A stretch of DNA of 19,552 nucleotides from contig CAZGJX010000086.1 in NCBI GenBank assembly GCA_964525635.1, positions 1 through 19,552 on the forward strand, given 5' to 3'. The notes beneath the pieces are model-generated. The model ran no database searches, was not told where the DNA came from, and was given only the letters and a program-made list of their open reading frames with translations. Within the stretch, counting starts at the first letter, position 1; every line of letters starts with the position of its first letter. A program made the translations under genes and the position numbers. The stretch comes from an uncultured archaeon. Its GTDB lineage: Archaea; Asgardarchaeota; Lokiarchaeia; Sigyniarchaeales; SOKP01. Below, piece after piece: positions 1 to 7,933 of the stretch.

Positions 1-302
1 TTAATTGAGGGTATTTTAGAATTTAGGTAGTGAATCTAAAATTAAAAATCATTCAAATAATAGCGACAGAAATCCCCTTTATATCACCTCGAAATTTGTC
101 GGAGTGAAAAGATCTTACAAGAATGAGGAAAAACGGCAATTTTATTATCGAAAATGGATAAAATGGCGATTTTCATTCAAAAAACATCACCCATATTCTT
201 CCGACACTAAACGATTTGATATAGTCGAAATTAATGTCGGCTTTAAATTAATGATTCTTAAATTTCAATCAAAATGAAAGAATCAAAAATACCCTCAATT
301 AA
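1..302. mobile_element. MITE-like/foldback non-autonomous element with long imperfect terminal inverted repeats
   Basis: 1-17 TTAATTGAGGGTATTTT is the exact reverse complement of 286-302 AAAATACCCTCAATTAA. Ungapped symmetry (coordinates summing to 303) continues in blocks to ~103/200 and again at 139-145/158-164. No ORF was called inside. The left flank is not visible, so a target-site duplication cannot be assessed. Confidence 0.65.
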
Positions 303-372
303 TGATATTTTTTAATTTTTTATTCTTACTTATAATATTAAAATATTATAATATCAACTTACTTTACTACTT

Positions 373-1188
373 TTAATTTTTCAGTATTTTATATGCTTTC
401 TGGAGTTTTAAAAAAATATAATTTCTCAAAAAGCAAAATGTCAAATTAAATAAATAGCTTCTAAATTTAATAAATGACTTACCATTTTTTCTCTGATTAA
501 CTTTAGTTGGTAGTTCTCTCCATTTATATTCAGGAATTAGTTTTAATAGCATTTCTTGAGTAATAGAATATTTGGAGTTTAAATTTAAATATTGAATAAC
601 ATTTTTCGATAGTGCTCTGAAGCCATTTGTTGGATCTGAAATTTTTTTATGAAAAAGAATAAAATAAAAAGCAGTTAAAAGTTTAGAAAATAATTTTTTA
701 TATGAATTCATCTCATAGGGAAATTTAAACCTATTTCCTATAATAAATTCATAATCATGGTTTAATATTAAATCAATAAATTCTGGGATGTATTTAGGAT
801 TATGTTGGCCATCAGCATCCATAATTATTACTATATCAAAATGCCTTTTTTTACAATACTTTAAACCTGTTATTATAGCGGCACCGTTTCCTTTATTGAT
901 TTTATGTGTTAATAAAGTCACATCGAAAATCTTCACAACTTCAGCAGTATTATCAGTTGAACCATCATCAATGACAATGATCTCGGATTGATTTGAAAAA
1001 TCGTCAAGAAATTTTGATAATACATTTGCAATGTTTTTTTCTTCATTATATGCGGGGATAATTATTCCAATCTTGATATTTTGAATTATGTTGTGTTTAG
1101 AGACTAAATCCTGACTAATTAGATTCTTTTTAAATGTTTTCTTTGTATCAATTGTCATCTGAACATTCAATCTATTATTTTTCAACAC
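373..1188 (-). CDS. Family 2 glycosyltransferase, DPM1/dolichol-phosphate glycosyltransferase-like
   Basis: Motifs IIIPAYNEE, IIVIDDGSTDNT, NKGNGAA, MDADGQH (DxD), IGNRF, ISDPTNGFRAL. The called start is GTG; the ATG of MTIDTKK (~1158) or a later codon may be the real start. Confidence 0.9.
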   Translation of the reverse strand: MLKNNRLNVQMTIDTKKTFKKNLISQDLVSKHNIIQNIKIGIIIPAYNEEKNIANVLSKFLDDFSNQSEIIVIDDGSTDNTAEVVKIFDVTLLTHKINKGNGAAIITGLKYCKKRHFDIVIIMDADGQHNPKYIPEFIDLILNHDYEFIIGNRFKFPYEMNSYKKLFSKLLTAFYFILFHKKISDPTNGFRALSKNVIQYLNLNSKYSITQEMLLKLIPEYKWRELPTKVNQRKNGKSFIKFRSYLFNLTFCFLRNYIFLKLQKAYKILKN

Positions 1189-1645
1189 TATTATGAAATT
1201 TTTTACTTATTAATTATTGCAATTTCACCTTTATAAATAATGAATAATAATAAATATTTTTCCCCTCTTTGCTAAAAAATTTTTTTTTTTATATTTCTCC
1301 ATTTTTCACTTATTTTTAAATTTGTAATTTATTTTATGCTTATAAGTTATTCTTTAAAAATTGATAAATAGTCTCTTAAATTAAAATCCTTAAAATTAAA
1401 TTATTTATATTAAAATAGATTTTTCTAAAGATTGAGATATCAAATGGGTATTTTCTATATCTCTCCTGACTATTATCAGATTTTTCATATTTATAACCAA
1501 TTCTAATTACATTATATGTGTTTTTTTAATTTCCCAACAAAGATAAAAATTATGTAAAAAAGCATTAGATATATAAAAAAGAATGAATGAACGTAATTTT
1601 AAAATGAAAAGACTATATGATACTATAATAGGCTAATTAGTTATT

Positions 1646-1677
1646 GAAACAAAAAAAAAAGAAAAAAAAGGAAAAAT
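1646..1677 (-). terminator. Probable archaeal oligo-T terminator of the 1683-2198 gene
   Basis: Long A-tracts on the + strand (T-tracts on the - strand) immediately after the stop codon at 1683. Confidence 0.4.
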
Positions 1678-1682
1678 TTTAA

Positions 1683-2198
1683 TTAATACGAACTTTTTCC
1701 ACTCGCTAATATCGCTAAGAAAGAATATGCAAGTCCTACAACTGCAGAAAAACCAAAATAGGTTACATAAATACTATTATTTAGATAGTTTGTATCAAAA
1801 TCAACTTGAGCTAGATATCCTATAAAGAGGATAACTCCAGAAATCATTGCTATTAAAAACCAAGCTCCAAAAGCATTAAATTTCTCCTCAGCAAAGAATC
1901 CAGCTAATATAGCAGCGATACCACATGTTACAAATGGCATTATACCCCAATATAAATATTCTTCAATTTCTACTGTTCCTGAGGCACCAAAGGGAGTAAG
2001 AGCAAGAGTTGGTGTCCAAATAGCATAACCAAAGAAAGCTTCTGTTACCAGCATTGGGTTGTCTTTCCACGCTTCAAACCAATCTGCAAGTGTAACCACA
2101 TCCGAAAGAGCATAGTAGATTATATGTGACACAAAGTTAAGTGCTACAAAAACTACTAATCCAATTAATAATCCTTTAAGTAAATTTAAGCCTCCCAT
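1683..2198 (-). CDS. Hypothetical multi-pass (~4-5 TM) membrane protein
   Basis: ATG start and 171 aa with several long hydrophobic segments (LLIGLVVFVALNFVSHIIYY, WGIMPFVTCGIAAILAGFF, FGAWFLIAMISGVILFIGYL, YFGFSAVVGLAYSFLAIL). Confidence 0.8.
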   Translation of the reverse strand: MGGLNLLKGLLIGLVVFVALNFVSHIIYYALSDVVTLADWFEAWKDNPMLVTEAFFGYAIWTPTLALTPFGASGTVEIEEYLYWGIMPFVTCGIAAILAGFFAEEKFNAFGAWFLIAMISGVILFIGYLAQVDFDTNYLNNSIYVTYFGFSAVVGLAYSFLAILASGKSSY

Positions 2199-2265
2199 TT
2201 TTAATCAAAAATTCTTTTATTTTTCAATCTTGTTTAAGAGATATGTATTATTTAAATTAAACCCA

Positions 2266-2280
2266 TATATAAAGGTTTCT
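2266..2280 (-). promoter_or_regulatory. Candidate BRE-TATA promoter for the 1683-2198 gene
   Basis: The minus strand reads AGAAACC-TTTATATA, a purine-rich BRE next to a TATA box, about 70 nt upstream of the ATG. The AT-rich background limits confidence. Confidence 0.4.
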
Positions 2281-2428
2281 TAAGATCAAAATTGTTTAGC
2301 CCCAAATCTGAATATTAAAAATAATATTAATTATAATTAAAGATAAAAAAAAATAGATTAACTTTTTATTAAAACGAATTTGAATATAATTTAATCAATA
2401 TTCTAAAAAAACTTAGAGTAAAAAAATT

Positions 2429-2947
2429 ATGGGCGCTGGAAAAGCTTTAGCAATTATTGCTGCTTTATTGACAATTCTTGGAACATTTGTATTTGCTATG
2501 TTTGAAGCTCTCGCTCCTGATTCAGTAGGTTCAGGAATAGCTATTTTCCAAGACCTAAATGGTACTTTTGAGAATGTAGAAAATTATGATACTGTAGGTC
2601 CTGCATGGCTTTTATACATCCTAATTATAGTATTGATCATCTTTGCCATTTCTGGTTTTGTCCAGTTTATAGGGATTAAAAGTAGAGCAGGGATTTTTAT
2701 ATTCTCTCTTTTTCCATTGACTATTGCCATATTAATATTAATCATAGGCGCGGAAAACAGTCAGGTTAATTATATGATGCTTGTTATGTCGGATGAACAA
2801 GTCATTATAGATGTATACCCATATCTCATACCTATATATGAACTAGATACTGGTTATAATATAGGATTAGGGACCTATCTTGTATTAAGTGGTGGAATTA
2901 TTGGAATAATAAGTGCGCTTCTTCCGAGGGAAAATAGCAAATACTAA
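2429..2947 (+). CDS. Hypothetical 4-TM membrane protein
   Basis: 172 aa with four hydrophobic helices, polar loops after TM1 and TM3, and C-terminal GLGTYLVLSGGIIGIISALL. Its stop overlaps the convergent mobA stop by 4 nt. Confidence 0.8.
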   Translation: MGAGKALAIIAALLTILGTFVFAMFEALAPDSVGSGIAIFQDLNGTFENVENYDTVGPAWLLYILIIVLIIFAISGFVQFIGIKSRAGIFIFSLFPLTIAILILIIGAENSQVNYMMLVMSDEQVIIDVYPYLIPIYELDTGYNIGLGTYLVLSGGIIGIISALLPRENSKY

Positions 2948-3627
2948 TTAAGTTCTTTTTTTTTTATCTTTTTTTTAATAAACTGAAGGTCATCTATTTG
3001 ATTGAGATTAAAAAATGTTAATAGTTCTTTATCATAAAATGCAATTTCCTTTTCTATTGATATATATCGTATTTTTGAATTATTATCAATAAGGTTTGCT
3101 AATTTAAACTGTTCATTTTTTAAATAATATTCTGCCCTATTAAGACCTTGTTCTATTGGATATATAGCGAATAGAGGCTCTATATATCTATTATTCCATT
3201 GTGGAATACAATAATCAATATTTATAGAATTTGAAATTATTAATTTAATCACTTCTCTCTGTATTAATGGCATATCACAAGAGATTGAAAATAATTTCTT
3301 ATAATTTAGTTTATTTAATTCTTTAAAAGCTGAATATAATCCAATCATAGGACTTCTGATGTTGTTGTCCTGAATAATATCATAATCATCTAAAATGAAT
3401 CCTATAATTTTTTCATACTCTATTTTATCAATATAGTTTTGAACCTGATTTTTATTATGGGCAACTATAAAAATATCCAAATTAAATCTGGATAGTACAT
3501 CAAGTTGATAAGAAATAATGGATCTATTATTTATTTTATAGAGTCCTTTATCACTACCAAAACGATTACTTTTTCCTCCAATTAATATTACAAAAGCGAG
3601 TTCTTTATTATTATTAATTGTTATTAT
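2944..3627 (-). CDS. mobA: Molybdenum cofactor guanylyltransferase MobA (ORF extends beyond the called 3480 start; exact start uncertain)
   Basis: Reading in frame upstream of 3480 gives ELAFVILIGGKSNRFGSDKGLYKINNRSIISYQLDVL, the MobA N-terminal (L/I)xGGxSxRFGxDK nucleotide-binding motif. Downstream motifs are SPMIGLYSA, SCDMPLI, EPLFAIY and FFNLN. The frame is closed by TAA at 3628-3630. Confidence 0.85.
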   Translation of the reverse strand: MITINNNKELAFVILIGGKSNRFGSDKGLYKINNRSIISYQLDVLSRFNLDIFIVAHNKNQVQNYIDKIEYEKIIGFILDDYDIIQDNNIRSPMIGLYSAFKELNKLNYKKLFSISCDMPLIQREVIKLIISNSINIDYCIPQWNNRYIEPLFAIYPIEQGLNRAEYYLKNEQFKLANLIDNNSKIRYISIEKEIAFYDKELLTFFNLNQIDDLQFIKKKIKKKELN

Positions 3628-3741
3628 TTATCACATCTTACCGAAAAATTATTAATTTAACATTAAGCTAATGATTAAAAATTATAAATTATTTTAATCA
3701 CTTGTAGTTAAAGAAAATTTTCTATTATTTTATATATCAAA

Positions 3742-5283
3742 ATGAGTCCTAAAATCAAAAATTATCTAATGAGGGATAAGCCAAAGGAACATTGCGCTGT
3801 TTTTGGGGTTACATGTGATGATATTGGATTCTCTATATCTCAATTATTATATAGGGGTTTGATTGCACTTCAACATAGAGGTCAAGAATCAACAGGAATC
3901 TCAATTCTTAAAGCTGGAGGAAAAATTACGACATATAAGAGAAAAGGATTAGTTTCAAAGGTTTTAAATGATAAAGTATTATCACATTTCTGGGGAAATG
4001 TAGGTATTGGTCATAATCGATATGCAACTACAGGTTCTGAAGAATTTACTTCATCTAATTATATTCAACCATATCATTTCAAAAATAATGAAATAGAATT
4101 TTCATTTGCTTTTAATGGAACAATCCCTAACTATGATGAAATTAAAGAAAAAATGGAAGATATGGGGAGGATTTTCTTAACTGATACTGATACAGAGGTA
4201 ATTGCCCAATTATTGGCTTCGATTTCTTTAGGTACAGAAAGTTGGCCTGAAATTCTTAAAGTAGCAGCAAAATTTTTAGATGGTTCATATTCTCTTATAA
4301 TTTTAACCTCGAAAGGTGATATATATGCTATAAGAGATCCATTAGGATTCAAACCTTTATGTATTGGAGTAAAAAGGATTGAATTACGAAATTTCTGTTT
4401 TATTGCGTCTGAATCCTGTGCTTTTGACGCAGTTGGGGCGAAATTGGTTAGAGATGTTAAACCAGGTGAAATTATTCATTTAAGTCATCAAAAAGATACT
4501 CATTCAGAATTACAATTACCCTCAGATAAAACAGCTTTATGTCAATTCGAATTTGTATATTTTGCAAGACCTGACTCTATCATTGATGGGATTTCAGTTG
4601 CAGAAGCTAGATTACGTATGGGAGAAAATCTAGCGCGGCGAGATCCTCTTTTATTAATTCCTGAATTCAAGAATAATGCAATAGTTGTTCCTGTTCCTGA
4701 TTCTGGGAGAAGTGCTGCTGTTGGATATGCAAATGAGGCAAGACTACCATATGTTGAAGGATTGATGAAAAATCGATATGTTTGGCGAACTTTCATAATG
4801 CCTGGTCAAAAAAAGAGAAAATCTGCAGTAAATGAAAAATTAAATCCAATAAGAAGTCTCATAGATGGGAAAGATGTAATTTTAATAGATGATTCAATTG
4901 TTAGAGGGACTACTACAAAACAAATAATTTCTTTAATTAAACAAGCAGGAGCCAAATCTGTGAATGTTAGGATTAGTTGTCCTCCTGTGATTAATGCATG
5001 TTATATGGGTATTGATTTTCCTACATGTGATGAATTGATTGCTGGACGATATCTTAAGCAATATGGCAATACAGATTATATTGATAAGATTAAGGAAATA
5101 ATAGGTGCCGATTCCTTACTTTATCAAACGATAAGTGATTTAGAAAAAGCAATCGGCCTAAAAAGCGATTTATGTAAAGCATGTTTAAATGGTTCTTATC
5201 CACTTAAATCAGTTGGGAAAATAACTGAATTAGAACAATCAATTAAAGCATCGCGATTTCTTAAATCCTCCAATAGATCATAA
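3742..5283 (+). CDS. purF: Amidophosphoribosyltransferase (propeptide- and [4Fe-4S]-containing type)
   Basis: Ntn nucleophile Cys after a propeptide (EH-CAVFG), LQHRGQES, GHNRYATTG, RDPLGFKPL, CQFEFVYFARPDS, PRPP-binding LIDDSIVRGTT, CYMGID, CKAC. Confidence 0.97.
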   Translation: MSPKIKNYLMRDKPKEHCAVFGVTCDDIGFSISQLLYRGLIALQHRGQESTGISILKAGGKITTYKRKGLVSKVLNDKVLSHFWGNVGIGHNRYATTGSEEFTSSNYIQPYHFKNNEIEFSFAFNGTIPNYDEIKEKMEDMGRIFLTDTDTEVIAQLLASISLGTESWPEILKVAAKFLDGSYSLIILTSKGDIYAIRDPLGFKPLCIGVKRIELRNFCFIASESCAFDAVGAKLVRDVKPGEIIHLSHQKDTHSELQLPSDKTALCQFEFVYFARPDSIIDGISVAEARLRMGENLARRDPLLLIPEFKNNAIVVPVPDSGRSAAVGYANEARLPYVEGLMKNRYVWRTFIMPGQKKRKSAVNEKLNPIRSLIDGKDVILIDDSIVRGTTTKQIISLIKQAGAKSVNVRISCPPVINACYMGIDFPTCDELIAGRYLKQYGNTDYIDKIKEIIGADSLLYQTISDLEKAIGLKSDLCKACLNGSYPLKSVGKITELEQSIKASRFLKSSNRS

Positions 5284-5319
5284 TTTTCAAATTTTAAATT
5301 AAAAAAAAATAAAATATTC

Positions 5320-5949
5320 TCATTTTTTACAATATTCAATGAAATTCTGATACATTATAATCCCATATTTACTTGATTTTTCTGGATGAAATTGTGTCCC
5401 AAAAATATTTTTTTTAGATACAATCGAACAAAATTCTATATTACCATATTGAGTACTTCCTATGATATTTTCTTTATCTTCTGGAATTGTATAGAAACTA
5501 TGGACAAAATAGAAAAATGAATTATTTGGGATATCCTGTATTAAAAAATGATCTTTATTTTGAAAATTAACAGAATTCCATCCAATTTGAGGTATTTTAT
5601 CCACTTTATTTAAATCAAATGAAATAACTCTTCCTTTAATTAAGTCTAATCCTTTATATATTCCCATTTCTTCACTTTTTGAGAATAATAATTGATGTCC
5701 TAAACAAATACCAAATAAAGGTATATTCTCTGATACTATTTCATTAATAGTAGGGATAAGATTTATTTCATTTAAATGTGTCATAGCATCTCCAAATGCA
5801 CCAACTCCAGGTAAAATAACACCATTAGAATTAATAATCTCTTTATATTTTGAAGTTATAATGCTTTTTACATTAATATATTGTAAAAGTTTACTAATAC
5901 TTTTTATATTCCCTCTTTCATAATCTATAATAGCAATATAGAATGTCAT
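5320..5949 (-). CDS. hisH: Imidazole glycerol phosphate synthase glutaminase subunit
   Basis: ILPGVGAF oxyanion strand, GICLG nucleophile, PQIGWN, FYFVHSF, QFHPEKS (His-Glu of the triad). Lies 4 nt downstream of hisF. Confidence 0.96.
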   Translation of the reverse strand: MTFYIAIIDYERGNIKSISKLLQYINVKSIITSKYKEIINSNGVILPGVGAFGDAMTHLNEINLIPTINEIVSENIPLFGICLGHQLLFSKSEEMGIYKGLDLIKGRVISFDLNKVDKIPQIGWNSVNFQNKDHFLIQDIPNNSFFYFVHSFYTIPEDKENIIGSTQYGNIEFCSIVSKKNIFGTQFHPEKSSKYGIIMYQNFIEYCKK

Positions 5950-5953
5950 TTTC

Positions 5954-6775
5954 TCATAACCTCATTGGTATTCCTTCATCCTGGCATAATTTTTTAACTT
6001 CTGCTATTGAATATTCATCGTAATGGAAGATTGAAGCTGCTAATGCGGCATCAGCTTTTCCAATTTTAAATGCATCAATTATATGTTGAGGATTTCCAGC
6101 ACCCCCCGAAGCGATTATAGGAATATCTAATTTTTCACTAAAAGTTCTTGTAAGTTCTAAATCAAATCCCTCCTTTACACCATCCATATCCATAGAAGTT
6201 AATAATATTTCTCCACTTCCCAAATTCTGAACTTTTATTCCCCATTTTACAGCATCTCTGCCTGTTGGTGTTCTTCCTCCGTGAATATAAACTTCCCACC
6301 AACAATATTTATTTTTATTTGGTAATTCAGCAATAATTTTATCCTTTGCTTCTTCTGGGTAATCAATATAAACTCTTTTTGCATCAATTGCAGTTACCAT
6401 ACATTGAGAACCAAATATTGTTGCTCCTTCAGTAATTACATTTGGATTTTGAACTACGGATGTATTCAATGATACCTTATCTGCACCCGCTCTTAAAATC
6501 TCCTTGATATCATTAACAGTACGTATACCTCCACCTACAGTAAAAGGTATAAATATTTGTTCGCTTGTTCTTTCAACTAAATCAATTAAGATTTTTCTTT
6601 TATCAGAAGAAGCTGTTATATCCAAGAAAACAAGTTCATCTGCTCCTTGATTATCATATATTTTGCCTAGTTCAACAGCATCCCCCGCATCCTTTAATTG
6701 AAGGAATTTAACACCCTTTACTACTCTACCTTCCGTTACATCTAAGCATGGAATAATACGTTTAGTTAAAACCAT
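5954..6775 (-). CDS. hisF: Imidazole glycerol phosphate synthase cyclase subunit, copy 1 (canonical)
   Basis: [78 protein letters not shown]. The likely start is the ATG at 6775 (MVLTKR) rather than the TTG at 6787. Confidence 0.95.
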   Translation of the reverse strand: MVLTKRIIPCLDVTEGRVVKGVKFLQLKDAGDAVELGKIYDNQGADELVFLDITASSDKRKILIDLVERTSEQIFIPFTVGGGIRTVNDIKEILRAGADKVSLNTSVVQNPNVITEGATIFGSQCMVTAIDAKRVYIDYPEEAKDKIIAELPNKNKYCWWEVYIHGGRTPTGRDAVKWGIKVQNLGSGEILLTSMDMDGVKEGFDLELTRTFSEKLDIPIIASGGAGNPQHIIDAFKIGKADAALAASIFHYDEYSIAEVKKLCQDEGIPMRL

Positions 6776-7028
6776 TTTTTTTTTCAAATGTTTTTTAGAA
6801 ATTATTTATCCATTAAATAAATGAGGGAAATTATTTTATCTTTCTCATTATTTTTTGAAACTGTATTAAAGGAATAGATATATTAATTTAACTAATATAA
6901 TTAGATCAATATTATAAATTAAAAATTTTAGTTTTCTATAAATCTATATATTTAATGGAATTATTTAAAAAAATAAATATAATATATTTTAGGTTTTGAA
7001 AAAAAAAATAAAGTATTAAATAAAAAAA

Positions 7029-7844
7029 CTATAATCTCACTGAAATTCCGTTTTTTAAACAATATTCTTTAACTTCTTTAATTGTTATTTCTTTAAAATG
7101 AAATATTGAGGCTGCTAAAGCAGCTGAAGCTTTACCGATGGTGAATGCTTCAAGAATATGTTGAACCGTCCCAGCACCACCAGAAGCAGTAACTGGTAGA
7201 TCAGTGGTCTCAGCAATTGCTTTTGTCATCTCTAAGTCATACCCATCTTTTGTTCCATCATAAGTTTTAGAGGTTGGTAATATTTCTCCAACTCCTAGCT
7301 CTTTAACTTTTTTTGCCCAATTAATTGCATCCATTCCAGTTGATTTTGTACCACTGTGAGTCATTACATCAAACCAACAGAATTTTCCATCGACCTTTAC
7401 TAAAGATTTATCTGGTGCATCTTCTTCATTATCCACATATACTCTATTTCCATCAATAGCACATACTAACCTTTGATTTCCAAATTCATTTGAAATTTTA
7501 GCTAATAATTCTGGTTCTTTTACTGCTGCACTATTTAAAGATATTTTATCAGCACCTGCATCTAAAATTGCTTTTGCATCTTCCATTGATCCAATTCCAC
7601 CTCCTACTGTAAAAGGTATTGAAATACCGTCAGCAATTTTTTTTACAAGATTAACAACTGTTTTTCTTTTCTCAATAGTTGCCGAAATATCTAAGAATAC
7701 TAATTCATCAGCACCTTCTTCTTCGTAAAATCTTCCAAATTCTATTGGATCTCCTGCGTCTCGTAGATTTACAAATTGAATTCCTTTAACAACACGACCA
7801 TCTTTTACATCTAAACAAGGTACTATTTTTTTATAATCAGACAT
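7029..7844 (-). CDS. hisF: Imidazole glycerol phosphate synthase cyclase subunit, copy 2 (divergent paralogue)
   Basis: [80 protein letters not shown]. Confidence 0.9.
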   Translation of the reverse strand: MSDYKKIVPCLDVKDGRVVKGIQFVNLRDAGDPIEFGRFYEEEGADELVFLDISATIEKRKTVVNLVKKIADGISIPFTVGGGIGSMEDAKAILDAGADKISLNSAAVKEPELLAKISNEFGNQRLVCAIDGNRVYVDNEEDAPDKSLVKVDGKFCWFDVMTHSGTKSTGMDAINWAKKVKELGVGEILPTSKTYDGTKDGYDLEMTKAIAETTDLPVTASGGAGTVQHILEAFTIGKASAALAASIFHFKEITIKEVKEYCLKNGISVRL

Positions 7845-7915
7845 ATTTTTTTTTTCAATTAGTATTTTTTAATTAGAATTAGAAATATTTTTTCCTTTTT
7901 TAGATTGTGTAATAT

Positions 7916-7927
7916 TATATAAAGTTA
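7916..7927 (-). promoter_or_regulatory. Candidate TATA box for hisF copy 2
   Basis: The minus strand reads TAAC-TTTATATA, about 72 nt upstream of the ATG at 7844. The box and spacing match those upstream of 2198. Confidence 0.3.
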
Positions 7928-7933
7928 ATAATC

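Noticed and set aside
788-991. 67-aa + strand ORF
   Set aside because: Antisense shadow of the GT2 gene with no recognisable motifs.
1431-1454. ATTGAG-ATATCAAATG-GGTATTTT resembles the MITE terminus ATTGAGGGTATTTT split by 10 nt
   Set aside because: Short AT-rich matches with no partner end; chance is the likely explanation.
4131-4796. 73-aa and 84-aa minus-strand ORFs
   Set aside because: Antisense shadows within purF.
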